The notes under the pieces: model-generated
The model's database searches: none
The model's input: only the letters and a program-made list of their open reading frames with translations
What the model was told of the DNA's origin: nothing
Position numbers and translations under genes: made by a program
In this document: positions 10,807 through 18,751 of the stretch, in pieces
How positions within the stretch are numbered: the stretch's first letter is position 1
Layout: each line of letters opens with the position of its first letter
Assembly: GCA_036743655.1 (NCBI GenBank)
Contig: DAINPB010000004.1
Coordinates: 15,788 to 79,787 of the forward strand
Direction of reading: 5' to 3'
Source: Candidatus Saccharimonadota bacterium
GTDB taxonomy: Bacteria > Patescibacteriota > Saccharimonadia > Saccharimonadales > UBA4665
DNA: 64,000 bases

Positions 10807-11612
10807 CCGGATTTGCTGAATTCGAGGGGGTTGCTCATGACTTGCAGTTTTAGCTGGCGGCGGGCTCTTTCTCGCTTGGCGCTGCCGTGCAGGACGGAGC
10901 CACCGATTTTTTCTCGCTTGACTTGACGCAAGTAAAGGTCTTTGCGATAGCCCCACTCTGACGGAATATAGTCTCTAAGTGGTGCATCACGGAAAACTTC
11001 CCCCCCGTGGTACCGTTCATATCGCTTCTTATATTGGCGGAATGATTGCAGCTGGTATTTCTTGAATTCGCTGGCTGAACCGGTGGTGATTATGGGGGTG
11101 TACTCGTCAAACAAGTCACTATTCTGGAACGCCAGGCCGCATTCCCCACAGGGGTGCAGCGTGGCTGAGGCGACACCGGTCACTTTTTTGATGCGCAGCG
11201 GATTGATGGTCGCAGCCACGACAATGGCACCGACCCAACCGAAACCATCCTGTTCGGCCCGAATTAATATGTCCATCTCGGCACAGACTTTTGGGATATC
11301 GCTTAGATCATCCGGGCCGCGCTGATCATCGCGCAGCTTGGCCTTGAAGTTTCCGGCCGTGTAGACGCCGCGGCGCGGGTTTTCGTCAGATACGTCGTAG
11401 ACTACTGCTGAGGCAACGACCAGGAAACCTCGATGCGATTCCGGCAGGTAGCGTATGCCCTGGCGGCTTCTTCTGAAAAGCTCGGGAACGGTGGCGATGC
11501 TATCGGCATGCGGGTCTTGTTTGGTGAAGTCGAAGGCATTGCTTTCGACACTCTGCAAACCGGCAATAAACTGCTCGGTGTCCTCGTCAGGGGCGTGTTC
11601 ACGATGTGACAT
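10803..11612 (-). CDS. cytidine/deoxycytidylate deaminase-like zinc-binding protein
   Basis: CAE (KVCAEMDIL) and PCGEC motifs at the spacing typical of the deaminase fold, inside a larger protein of about 270 aa. ATG at 11612 preferred over the ORF-track start at 11693. Confidence 0.5.
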   Translation of the reverse strand: MSHREHAPDEDTEQFIAGLQSVESNAFDFTKQDPHADSIATVPELFRRSRQGIRYLPESHRGFLVVASAVVYDVSDENPRRGVYTAGNFKAKLRDDQRGPDDLSDIPKVCAEMDILIRAEQDGFGWVGAIVVAATINPLRIKKVTGVASATLHPCGECGLAFQNSDLFDEYTPIITTGSASEFKKYQLQSFRQYKKRYERYHGGEVFRDAPLRDYIPSEWGYRKDLYLRQVKREKIGGSVLHGSAKRERARRQLKLQVMSNPLEFSKSG

Positions 11613-11745
11613 ATAGTTATATTTTAAACTTATTTTGGTATTTTTGCAATCTCTATCACCTCTGGTGGGCCCGTTTGCAACAACTTGGGACACCTAAATT
11701 GCTGGAATTAGGCTCAGAATCTCACTGTTTTGCTAGAATAAGGTC

Positions 11746-12258
11746 ATGTCCAAACCGCAGTTATATCTCTTCGTCGGACACCCTGGTGCGGGCAAGACGA
11801 CAATCGCCCAGATTATCCAGCAAAAAACCGGCGCTGTTCACCTGTGGGCTGACGTTGAACGGCACCGTATGTTCGACCAGCCGACCCACTCCCTTCAAGA
11901 GAGTCAGCGGCTTTATGAACACCTCAATGATACTGCCGAGCAGCTGCTAGCCAGCGGCAAGAGCGTGGTCTTCGATACCAACTTCAACTTCTACGAAGAT
12001 CGCCAAAAACTCCGTGATATTGCCGACCGACAAGGGGCCGAGACCATAATTATCTGGGTAACCACGCCTCTGGAAGTCGCCAAGAGCCGAGCTGTGCACG
12101 CCCAAGTCATCCGCAACGGCTACGCCGTCATTATGAGCGAGGGGCAATTCGACGCCATAGCCGCCAAGCTGGAGCCGCCCACCGAAGCTGAAAAAGTTAT
12201 TAAAATTGATGGTACGAAACTTGACCAAGAAGAGCTGCTGCGGTTACTTAGTCTGTAA
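11746..12258 (+). CDS. P-loop ATPase / kinase (AAA_33-like)
   Basis: Walker A GHPGAGKTT in a 170-aa small-kinase architecture. A TGcTAGAAT -10 lies 6 nt before the ATG. Confidence 0.7.
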   Translation: MSKPQLYLFVGHPGAGKTTIAQIIQQKTGAVHLWADVERHRMFDQPTHSLQESQRLYEHLNDTAEQLLASGKSVVFDTNFNFYEDRQKLRDIADRQGAETIIIWVTTPLEVAKSRAVHAQVIRNGYAVIMSEGQFDAIAAKLEPPTEAEKVIKIDGTKLDQEELLRLLSL

Positions 12259-12260
12259 CC

Positions 12261-12848
12261 ATGCCCCGCAGACACCATCATCGCCCACGCTACATTTGGC
12301 TTGTCATAGTACTCGTTTTCCTCTGTTGTTCGCTCTTCTACGCCCAGCGCCGCGGGTGGCTGGACGGCATTGGCAAGACAGCTGAGAGTAATCAGCCAGG
12401 CCTGTACCGCATCGAGCACTTCGTTGATGGCGACACCATTGCGGTGAATATGCATGGACATAGTGAAAAAGTCCGTTTCATCGGTGTTGATACTCCTGAA
12501 ACACACAAGCCTAACACGCCTGTTCAATGCTATGGCCCGGCGGCCGCGGCCTTCACCAAGCAAACCATCGGCAAGCATCGGGTACGTCTGGTTTCAGACC
12601 CGTTGAGTACCAATCGCGATCGTTATAATCGGCTGTTGCGGTATGTGTATTTGCCGGATGGTACCGATGTCAATGAAGCCTTGGTTCGGACGGGGCACGG
12701 GTTTTACTATCCGTATTTTCCTTTTAGCAGGGCGCAGCAGTTCGCTGCCGACGAACACATTGCCATCAGCCAGCACCGGGGTCTTTGGGGCGTTTGTCAC
12801 CCCTCGCCAACAGATAGTGGCGGCTATGTTTCAAATCCTCAGGTTTAA
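12261..12848 (+). CDS. thermonuclease (staphylococcal nuclease homologue), membrane-anchored
   Basis: SNase motifs VDGDTI, RFIGVDTPE, RYNRLLRYVY and NEALVRTGHG. N-terminal TM helix. Confidence 0.85.
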   Translation: MPRRHHHRPRYIWLVIVLVFLCCSLFYAQRRGWLDGIGKTAESNQPGLYRIEHFVDGDTIAVNMHGHSEKVRFIGVDTPETHKPNTPVQCYGPAAAAFTKQTIGKHRVRLVSDPLSTNRDRYNRLLRYVYLPDGTDVNEALVRTGHGFYYPYFPFSRAQQFAADEHIAISQHRGLWGVCHPSPTDSGGYVSNPQV

Positions 12849-12854
12849 TTATTC

Positions 12855-13700
12855 TTAGGCGACGTTGGCAGTGGGATCAACGCGCGCAACCACCGGTTCG
12901 GCTGTCAGCAGCCGACTCCACGAGAATTTATCCTGCCGAGCGTCATATCCGCGATGTAGTACCCGGGCGGGCAAGTAGCCAACAGCGCATATGGCGACTA
13001 CTGAATACATATGCCAGCGCTGGCCAATACCATGCTGGGCGTAGGTACGTGGGCTGACCCAGACATATTGCATGAAGCTCCAGTAGCTGACGTCAATCCG
13101 TCTTGACGACACCTGTACCTGCAGCCGTTCGTCAAAAGCTACCACGCCACCAAGTTCCTGCAGGTGTATGGCAATATCATAATCTTCGTGCAGGCCGCCG
13201 CGTTTGCAGAGCGCTGGTTTAACACGCTGCCAAGCTTGACGGCGCATGGCCATATTGGCGCCCCAGAGGAAAACCCGATCGCCCAGCTGCCAACTCAGCC
13301 GACGTCGGAAGAACAGATCAATCGCATTAAAAATCCCGGCGGCGGCGACGTTATAATAGAGCGCCACCCCAGAAACCGCATCAATCGACGCATCGGCGAA
13401 CACTGCCTGCACCGACGCCAGCCAATCGGCCGGCAGCAAGCTATCCCCGTCAATCCGCGCAATAATATCACCGCTGGCCGCATCAAAACCGCGTGTTCGA
13501 GCGTGTATAACCCCCTGCGCAGGTTCATGCAGCACGGTTACAAAATCGTATGCTTGAGCCACAGCTACGGTGGCATCGCTGGAGTTATTATCAACGACAA
13601 TCACCTCATGCGGCACCACAGTCTGCTGCGCGATGGCCGCAAGACAGGCACCGAGGTGTTCGGCTTCGTTGTATACTGGGATGACAATGCTTATTTTCAT
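12855..13700 (-). CDS. glycosyltransferase family 2
   Basis: N-terminus ISIVIPVYNEAEHL, plus VVDNNSSD and a DGD motif. Confidence 0.85.
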   Translation of the reverse strand: MKISIVIPVYNEAEHLGACLAAIAQQTVVPHEVIVVDNNSSDATVAVAQAYDFVTVLHEPAQGVIHARTRGFDAASGDIIARIDGDSLLPADWLASVQAVFADASIDAVSGVALYYNVAAAGIFNAIDLFFRRRLSWQLGDRVFLWGANMAMRRQAWQRVKPALCKRGGLHEDYDIAIHLQELGGVVAFDERLQVQVSSRRIDVSYWSFMQYVWVSPRTYAQHGIGQRWHMYSVVAICAVGYLPARVLHRGYDARQDKFSWSRLLTAEPVVARVDPTANVA

Positions 13701-13720
13701 TAAATGCTGCTACTTAGTAT

Positions 13721-14821
13721 ATGCCAAAACAGCCCTCATCGTACACCAGCCAGCTGGCAATTAGCTTAAAGCGCTGGCCGGGGCGCTACTGGCGTCGCAA
13801 TTGGTGGCACAAGCTCATCTGTGTGCTGCTGGCCTTGGTTATTGTGCTGGTCGGGGCGATGTACGGTATCGCGCAGTGGTACATTCATAGCGAGTCGAGC
13901 AAGCCACTGCAACTTGGTGTCAGCTTCATCCCGGATTATGCGCAGAGTCTTGGGGTGAACCCCGAACAGACTATGGACGCTTTGCTCGGTATTGGAGTCA
14001 AACAATTTCGTCTGGTGAGTTATTGGAGCGACATGGAACCGAATCCCGGTCACTATGATTTCAGTCAGCTGGACTGGGAATTTCACAAAGCCGAAGCGGC
14101 TCATGCTAAGATCACGCTCACCTTGGGCTTGCGTCAGCCGCGCTGGCCGGAGTGCCATCCACCGTCTTGGGTTAACCTCAATCAGCCTGACAGCCAGTGG
14201 CAGCCGCAGCTGGAAACCTTCATGCAAAAGGTGGTGGAGCGCTACAAGAACTCGTCCAGTCTAGAGAATTATCAGGTGGAGAACGAATACTTCTTACAGG
14301 GCTTCGGCACCTGTACCAACTTCACGCGCGACCGCAGCCGCCTGGTTAGTGAGTATAATCTGGTCAAACACCTTGATCCTGCCCATCCGATCATCGTTAG
14401 CCGGAGCAATAATGCGATAGGCTTCCCAACTGGCCAGCCGCAGCCTGACGAATTCGGCATTTCCGTCTACAAACGCGTTTGGGATGCTGGCGTCACCCAT
14501 CGCTATATCGAATATCCGTTCCCGGCCTGGTTTTACGGCTTCCTGGCCGGCACCCAAAAAATCTTTCTGCACAAAGACATGATCATCGACGAGCTCCAAG
14601 CCGAAGCCTGGCCACCCCGCGGCCAAACCATCCCCCAGATCAATCTGGCCGAACAGAACAAATCCCTAGACGCCAGCCGCCTCAAAGCCCGCTTCAACTA
14701 CGGCCAAGCCACCGGCATGCGCACCATCAACCTTTGGGGCGCCGAGTATTGGTATTACCGCGCGCAAGTTCTACACGACCCCAGCCTCTGGAATGTGGCT
14801 AAGCAAGAGTTTCACCAATAG
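13721..14821 (+). CDS. membrane-anchored glycoside hydrolase (clan GH-A TIM barrel, GH35/GH42-like motifs)
   Basis: N-terminal TM helix. WSDMEPNPGHYDF and QVENEYF resemble beta-galactosidase-type catalytic regions. The family call is tentative. Confidence 0.55.
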   Translation: MPKQPSSYTSQLAISLKRWPGRYWRRNWWHKLICVLLALVIVLVGAMYGIAQWYIHSESSKPLQLGVSFIPDYAQSLGVNPEQTMDALLGIGVKQFRLVSYWSDMEPNPGHYDFSQLDWEFHKAEAAHAKITLTLGLRQPRWPECHPPSWVNLNQPDSQWQPQLETFMQKVVERYKNSSSLENYQVENEYFLQGFGTCTNFTRDRSRLVSEYNLVKHLDPAHPIIVSRSNNAIGFPTGQPQPDEFGISVYKRVWDAGVTHRYIEYPFPAWFYGFLAGTQKIFLHKDMIIDELQAEAWPPRGQTIPQINLAEQNKSLDASRLKARFNYGQATGMRTINLWGAEYWYYRAQVLHDPSLWNVAKQEFHQ

Positions 14822-14936
14822 CGCATTTTTGAACGAATCATAAGATGTTGGGTGGAAGTGACAGAGTAGAGAAGTATTGGCGAATAGGGTGTAAAAAAGC
14901 GAGCTAGTAGGCTCAAGCTATTTTATACCGCCGTAA

Positions 14937-14985
14937 AGGAGATAAATCATCAATGCCTATCTCCTGCTGAATAACAAATATTCAG
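14937..14985. terminator. two adjacent hairpins between convergent genes
   Basis: AGGAGATA(13 nt)TATCTCCT at 14937-14965, then CTGAATA(5 nt)TATTCAG at 14967-14985. No clear U-tract. Confidence 0.35.
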
Positions 14986-15257
14986 TCTCCAGCGCTGACC
15001 AGCATACACCAAGCAAGCCACAACATCATAGCCACAACAGCAAACGCAGCCGTTACCGGCGCAAATATCAGCGACAGTATCACTACTGCCCAGGACAGGG
15101 GCGGGCTGTCGCTCAACATCTCTTTGATTTCCCCTGAAACGATCAAGGCCATGAAGACACAGAGGACCCATGCTATGATCAAATTCGTCTCGTTAAGCCC
15201 CGTCAGGTTTTGCAAAAAAGTCATAGTTTCCTCCCGAAAAGTGATTGGAGCAATCAA
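14982..15257 (-). CDS. small membrane protein
   Basis: 91-aa ORF with 2-3 hydrophobic helices. Confidence 0.5.
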   Translation of the reverse strand: MIAPITFREETMTFLQNLTGLNETNLIIAWVLCVFMALIVSGEIKEMLSDSPPLSWAVVILSLIFAPVTAAFAVVAMMLWLAWCMLVSAGD

Positions 15258-15455
15258 CGGCTATTAATGCTTTAGCGCCTATCTCTCTACTCTGTCAATG
15301 GGCAATTCTCCAGATGAGAATGCGTATTCAAAAAATACACTCGTAACTTGTGCTTGTCAAATCAGCAACAGGGCTTCTTGTGATCCAGTACGAATCAATA
15401 CTATTTTTAATATTAATTGTCAAATATCAGAGCGTCAGCTACAATGAAAGCTGTT

Positions 15456-15920
15456 ATGGCTAAGAAGAAACCGAACCAGTCCAAACGCATTACCAACCGC
15501 CGCGCACGACACGATTACGAGCTCGGCGACTCTTTGGTGGTGGGTTTGGAGCTGACCGGAGCCGAGGCCAAGAGCCTACGCATGGGCCATGGGCAGCTGC
15601 GCGGCGCCTATGTAACCATTAAGGCCGAGGAACTTTACCTGATCAACGCCACCATTGCCGGCACCAGCGGCATTCCCATCAATGAATCCGACCAAACCCG
15701 AGCCCGCAAACTCCTAGCCAAACGCCGCCAAATCAACGCCCTCGTTGAAGCCAAGCAGCAGGGCAAGACCATCGTACCCCTTGAAATCCTAACCGCCGGC
15801 CGCTATATCAAACTCCGCATCTCTGTCGGCAAAGGCAAGAAACACTACGACAAACGCCAAACCCTCAAAGCCCGCGACGACACCCGCCGCACTCAAGCCG
15901 CCCTGAAATCTGCCCGCTAA
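15456..15920 (+). CDS. smpB: SsrA-binding protein SmpB
   Basis: Motifs NRRARHDYEL, GLELTGAEAKSLR, KLLAKRRQI and GKGKKHYDKR. Start MAKKK at 15456 chosen. The ORF track extends to a TTG at 15417 and an ATG also occurs at 15444. Confidence 0.9.
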   Translation: MAKKKPNQSKRITNRRARHDYELGDSLVVGLELTGAEAKSLRMGHGQLRGAYVTIKAEELYLINATIAGTSGIPINESDQTRARKLLAKRRQINALVEAKQQGKTIVPLEILTAGRYIKLRISVGKGKKHYDKRQTLKARDDTRRTQAALKSAR

Positions 15921-15924
15921 CTCC

Positions 15925-15953
15925 TTGCTTGATCTCCCACCTTTCGCTATAAT
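15925..15953 (+). promoter_or_regulatory. near-consensus sigma-70 promoter upstream of the tRNA-Asn leader
   Basis: TTGCTT, a 17-nt spacer, then TATAAT, immediately after the smpB stop. Confidence 0.6.
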
Positions 15954-15959
15954 GCCCCA

Positions 15960-16086
15960 AGTTCTCACAAATTTCCCACAGGCTGGAAAGAGTAGGCGCG
16001 GTCCCGCAAAGCGGGATTCGAATTCACTTCGAAAGCGCCGATGAGAAAACCGCGGTAGCGGTTGTCTCATGAGGCGAAGCCGTTAT
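15960..16086 (+). ncRNA. candidate structured leader or small RNA co-transcribed with tRNA-Asn (unidentified)
   Basis: Nested helices seen by eye: GGCGC/GCGCC (16095-99 / 16035-39) enclosing TCCCGC-aaa-GCGGGA (16002-16) and TTCGAA-ttcac-TTCGAA (16017-33). A hairpin ATGAGAaaACCGC-ggta-GCGGTtgTCTCAT follows at 16041-70. No credible ORF. Confidence 0.3.
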
Positions 16087-16161
16087 TCCGGGGTAGCTCA
16101 GCGGTAGAGCGGGGCGCTGTTAACGCCTAGGTCGCTGGTTCGAATCCAGTCCCCGGAGCCA
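16087..16161 (+). tRNA. tRNA-Asn (anticodon GTT), CCA encoded
   Basis: Cloverleaf folded by hand: acceptor TCCGGGG/CCCCGGA, D arm GCTC/GAGC, anticodon stem GGGCG/CGCCT with loop CTGTTAA, T arm GCTGG-TTCGAAT-CCAGT, discriminator G, then CCA. Confidence 0.93.
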
Positions 16162-16181
16162 AACCAAGCACCAACAGAGGT

Positions 16182-16216
16182 AGACCGGTGTCCATGACCG
16201 GTCTTTCTTTATTTTT
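16182..16216 (+). terminator. rho-independent terminator after tRNA-Asn
   Basis: 8-bp stem AGACCGGT/ACCGGTCT with a 7-nt loop, followed by TTCTTTATTTTT. Confidence 0.7.
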
Positions 16217-16250
16217 AAGACTTTCTTCTTAAAAACTCACCCCCCCGTTA

Positions 16251-16270
16251 GCGGTTCGAATCTAGTTCCC
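16251..16270 (+). repeat. degenerate copy of the tRNA-Asn T-arm
   Basis: GCGGTTCGAATCTAGTTCCC against tRNA CTGGTTCGAATCCAGTCCCC. Confidence 0.5.
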
Positions 16271-16420
16271 ATTATCGTCAGGATAGGTTGGAACCGTTGA
16301 AATGGCTAATTTCCTGGGGTTTACTCCTGTATTAAGTTCCGAGAATGATCAGTCAGCCCTGTGGCAACTGAGCAATGCAAAAAGCGACCGGGTTCCTAGA
16401 CCAAGCCATTATTATCTAAC

Positions 16421-16774
16421 TTACGCCTGTCCGTGCAATTTACGTATACGTTCCCGCACCGATTCTTGATACTGGGTAGGGTTTTGCATTTGGTGGTATG
16501 CACGAACGGCAATAACCTCAAAACGATCATCATCTACAATGTAAACAATTGCAACTTTGTGATTTTTCATCTGGATCTTACGTACATCCGGGTCATCCTT
16601 AAACACAGCGTTAGTTCGTGGCAAGTTTTGCAGGTTTGCAACAGTTTCCATAGCTTCATCGAAAAACTTCACTGCCGATTCAGCATCCACTAGCTCTTCA
16701 TAAAATGCCATCAACTCGGCAATATCGTTCTCAGCATCTTCTGTAAGATTGACGCTATACTTTTGCACCAGCAA
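16421..16774 (-). CDS. parE: type II toxin, RelE/ParE superfamily
   Basis: 117 aa with a ParE-like pattern (YSVNLTEDAENDIAEL..., IVYIVDDDRFEVIAVRAYH). Overlaps a small upstream ORF by 20 nt, as in toxin-antitoxin operons. Confidence 0.65.
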   Translation of the reverse strand: MLVQKYSVNLTEDAENDIAELMAFYEELVDAESAVKFFDEAMETVANLQNLPRTNAVFKDDPDVRKIQMKNHKVAIVYIVDDDRFEVIAVRAYHQMQNPTQYQESVRERIRKLHGQA

Positions 16775-16922
16775 GCTCCTGATATTTTTTTAGAATATCA
16801 TTCTTGGCTATGCTGAGCGGTATACGATTTTTAGGATTTTTAGCAAGTTTAATACGTCGTTCCAACTCAAGTAGGAATTCTGGGCTGTTTTCATCTACAT
16901 TAATAACTTTGCTGCTGTTCAT
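16755..16922 (-). CDS. putative cognate antitoxin (55 aa)
   Basis: ATG at 16922 (MNSSKVINVDENSPEF...) lies 6 nt after TGgTACAAT. The longer ORF-track form (to 17054) would translate the tRNA-derived repeat, so it is rejected. Confidence 0.5.
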   Translation of the reverse strand: MNSSKVINVDENSPEFLLELERRIKLAKNPKNRIPLSIAKNDILKKYQELAGAKV

Positions 16923-17028
16923 GCCCCTATTGTACCACATATCACCCATAAAATATACGCAAAAACTTGACAAATAACAGAGGTGGGTTAAAGTAAGGCG
17001 AGCCTGACTCTTAGGCGGTAGAAATGTT

Positions 17029-17052
17029 TGGTTCGAATCCAGTCCCCGGAGC
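17029..17052 (+). repeat. exact 24-nt direct repeat of the tRNA-Asn 3' end (att-like)
   Basis: TGGTTCGAATCCAGTCCCCGGAGC is identical to 16136-16159. Confidence 0.85.
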
Positions 17053-17127
17053 AAAACATAAGCACTTTAAAGAGATGTTGTTGCTATTTTCTGATATAAA
17101 GATCAGTATCTAGGATAAAATCTAGTC

Positions 17128-17601
17128 ATGAACGCCACCATTCTCCCTTTCGCTGAAGCCGATATTTCTACACAAGAAGTAGCTGACTTTTATTTGTCTG
17201 TACAGCAGGGAGTCGAGGCGGATGGCCAAAAAAAGTTTGTTGACATTAGGGAGGGGTGGAACGAACTAGTCCATCTTGATGATGTCTTTGTAGAACCAGG
17301 CAACTTTTGGGTTGCCCAAAAACAATTCCAACTTGTGGGCTGTATTGGACTGCGCCATTTGGAGGCTAATCTTGGATTGCTTGGAAGGTTCGGTGTTGAT
17401 AGAAGTGAACGCAGACAAGGAATTGGTAGCGCTTTGGTGTCAACCTTGATTGCCTGGGCACGACAGCAGAACTTTACCGAACTGATGCTCACAACCCAAC
17501 CAACACAAGACGGCATGCCTATATATAAAAGGGCCGGCTTCGCTGAGACTGAGGAATTTGATGAATACGATGGCGATGCCATCATGCGCATACGATTGTA
17601 A
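17128..17601 (+). CDS. GNAT family N-acetyltransferase
   Basis: Acetyl-CoA motif A (RRQGIGSALV) in a 157-aa protein. Confidence 0.85.
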   Translation: MNATILPFAEADISTQEVADFYLSVQQGVEADGQKKFVDIREGWNELVHLDDVFVEPGNFWVAQKQFQLVGCIGLRHLEANLGLLGRFGVDRSERRQGIGSALVSTLIAWARQQNFTELMLTTQPTQDGMPIYKRAGFAETEEFDEYDGDAIMRIRL

Positions 17602-17616
17602 TTTAGTTGTATCACA

Positions 17617-17691
17617 GTTCTAGCTTCCATCACTATGGAGAGCCAAGCATAAACACTATACAAATACCACTTTATGTGGTATTTTTAGTTT
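17617..17691 (+). promoter_or_regulatory. upstream module M1 (junction motif plus stereotyped promoter) for yvcK
   Basis: gttctagCTTCCATCACTATGGAGAGCCAAG, then TATACA, a 17-nt spacer holding a perfect inverted repeat AAATACCAC-tttat-GTGGTATTT, -10 TATTTT, 6 nt, ATG. Confidence 0.55.
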
Positions 17692-18678
17692 ATGGCAAAT
17701 GCTCCAGAGATTGCACTCATTGGTGGTGGCACCGGCAGTTTTACGCTCTTGCAGGAACTGAAAGGTTTCACCCCTAATATCTCAGCAATCGTAAACATGA
17801 GCGATGATGGCGGCTCGACAGGTGTATTGCGGGATGAGTTTGGCGTATTGCCCCCAGGCGACGTTCGGCAATGTCTGGTAGCACTGAGCGACACACCAGA
17901 TGTAAGAGATCTTTTCAACTATCGTTTTGGTGGCGACAGCGCATTAGCAGGCCACAGCCTTGGCAACTTAATACTGTCCGGTCTCGAAATGCAACGGGGT
18001 AGTTTTGACCAGGCACTCAAGGTGGCCAGTTCAATACTGCATATAACTGGCAAGGTTCTGCCAGTCACTCTAGAAAAACATTCATTGGTAATGCAGGATG
18101 GTGAGGAGAAGGTCGTAGGAGAGCATCTTATTGGAAATCGTCCGATTAATTATTCGGATGCAGTCGTTTCGTTGGAGCCACCTGCAATACTCAATCCTGA
18201 TGCTGCAGAAGCGATCAGAGGAGCCGATCTTGTTGTCGTTGCACCGGGTAATCTTTACGGCTCATTGCTTCCCGCCTTAGCTGTCGAGGGAATGTCGGAG
18301 GCGTTCGCTGAGGCATCTGGCAAGAAAGTACTTATTAGCAATCTCGTAACAAAGCCTGGGCAAACCGACGGCTGGCACGTTGCCGACTATGTGCGAGCAA
18401 TCGAGCGATACATTGGAGCAGATCAAATTGATGTCGCCCTACACAACCAAGACTTACCCGAAAAGGACCTACTTGAAAAATATGCTGCGGAGGGCGAATT
18501 TCCAGTAGCTACAGATATAGCGCGGTTTGCAGAAATTTCTGCTCGTCCGCTTGGAGCAAATCTTGTAGCAACAGACGTTGTAAAGCAAGATGAAAGTGAC
18601 AAGGCGATTCGTCGTACTTTAATTCGACACGATGCACGCCAAGTCGGCAGGCAATTGATGCGTATTTATTATGAATAG
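17692..18678 (+). CDS. yvcK: YvcK/CofD-family protein (gluconeogenesis factor, UPF0052)
   Basis: IGGGTGSFTLL and NMSDDGGSTGVLRDEFGVLPPGDVRQC are signature regions. Confidence 0.85.
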   Translation: MANAPEIALIGGGTGSFTLLQELKGFTPNISAIVNMSDDGGSTGVLRDEFGVLPPGDVRQCLVALSDTPDVRDLFNYRFGGDSALAGHSLGNLILSGLEMQRGSFDQALKVASSILHITGKVLPVTLEKHSLVMQDGEEKVVGEHLIGNRPINYSDAVVSLEPPAILNPDAAEAIRGADLVVVAPGNLYGSLLPALAVEGMSEAFAEASGKKVLISNLVTKPGQTDGWHVADYVRAIERYIGADQIDVALHNQDLPEKDLLEKYAAEGEFPVATDIARFAEISARPLGANLVATDVVKQDESDKAIRRTLIRHDARQVGRQLMRIYYE

Positions 18679-18686
18679 ATTAGTCT

Positions 18687-18751
18687 GGTTCTAACTTCCA
18701 TCACTCGGGGAGCCAGCCTTGACACTTTTAATTTTATGTTAATATTGCATA
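18687..18751 (+). promoter_or_regulatory. upstream module M2
   Basis: ggttctaaCTTCCATCACTCGGGGAGCCAGCC, TTGACA, spacer, TAATAT/ATATTG, then the ATG at 18752. Confidence 0.5.

Larger units (their letters stand above)
16162..17052. mobile_element. integrase-less islet (remnant of a tRNA-targeting integrative element) carrying only the ParE toxin-antitoxin pair
   Basis: Bounded by tRNA-Asn and the 24-nt direct repeat of its 3' end, with an extra degenerate T-arm copy inside. No recombinase gene is present. Confidence 0.35.

Noticed and set aside
15789-16070. 93-aa minus-strand ORF.
   Set aside because: It overlaps the smpB 3' end, the consensus promoter and the hairpin-rich leader. It has no start signals and looks like an artefact of GC-rich palindromes.
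15960-16086. The structured leader might be SRP (4.5S) RNA because of CAGGCUGGAAAGAGUAGG, or part of tmRNA because it follows smpB.
   Set aside because: The GGAA loop is not closed by the conserved helix-8 pairs and the AGCA motif is absent. The 5' and 3' ends do not pair. No tRNA-Ala-like acceptor or tag reading frame is present. It is left as an unidentified candidate.
16985-17053. Possible second tRNA gene ending in the tRNA-Asn-like T-arm and acceptor.
   Set aside because: No complementary 5' acceptor strand, D arm or plausible anticodon loop lies upstream. Only the 3' 24 nt match, so this is an att-like remnant.
16755-17054. 99-aa version of the antitoxin ORF starting at the TTG at 17054.
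   Set aside because: Its N-terminus (LRGLDSNQ) is the reverse translation of the tRNA-derived repeat. The ATG at 16922 sits 6 nt after a TGgTACAAT -10.
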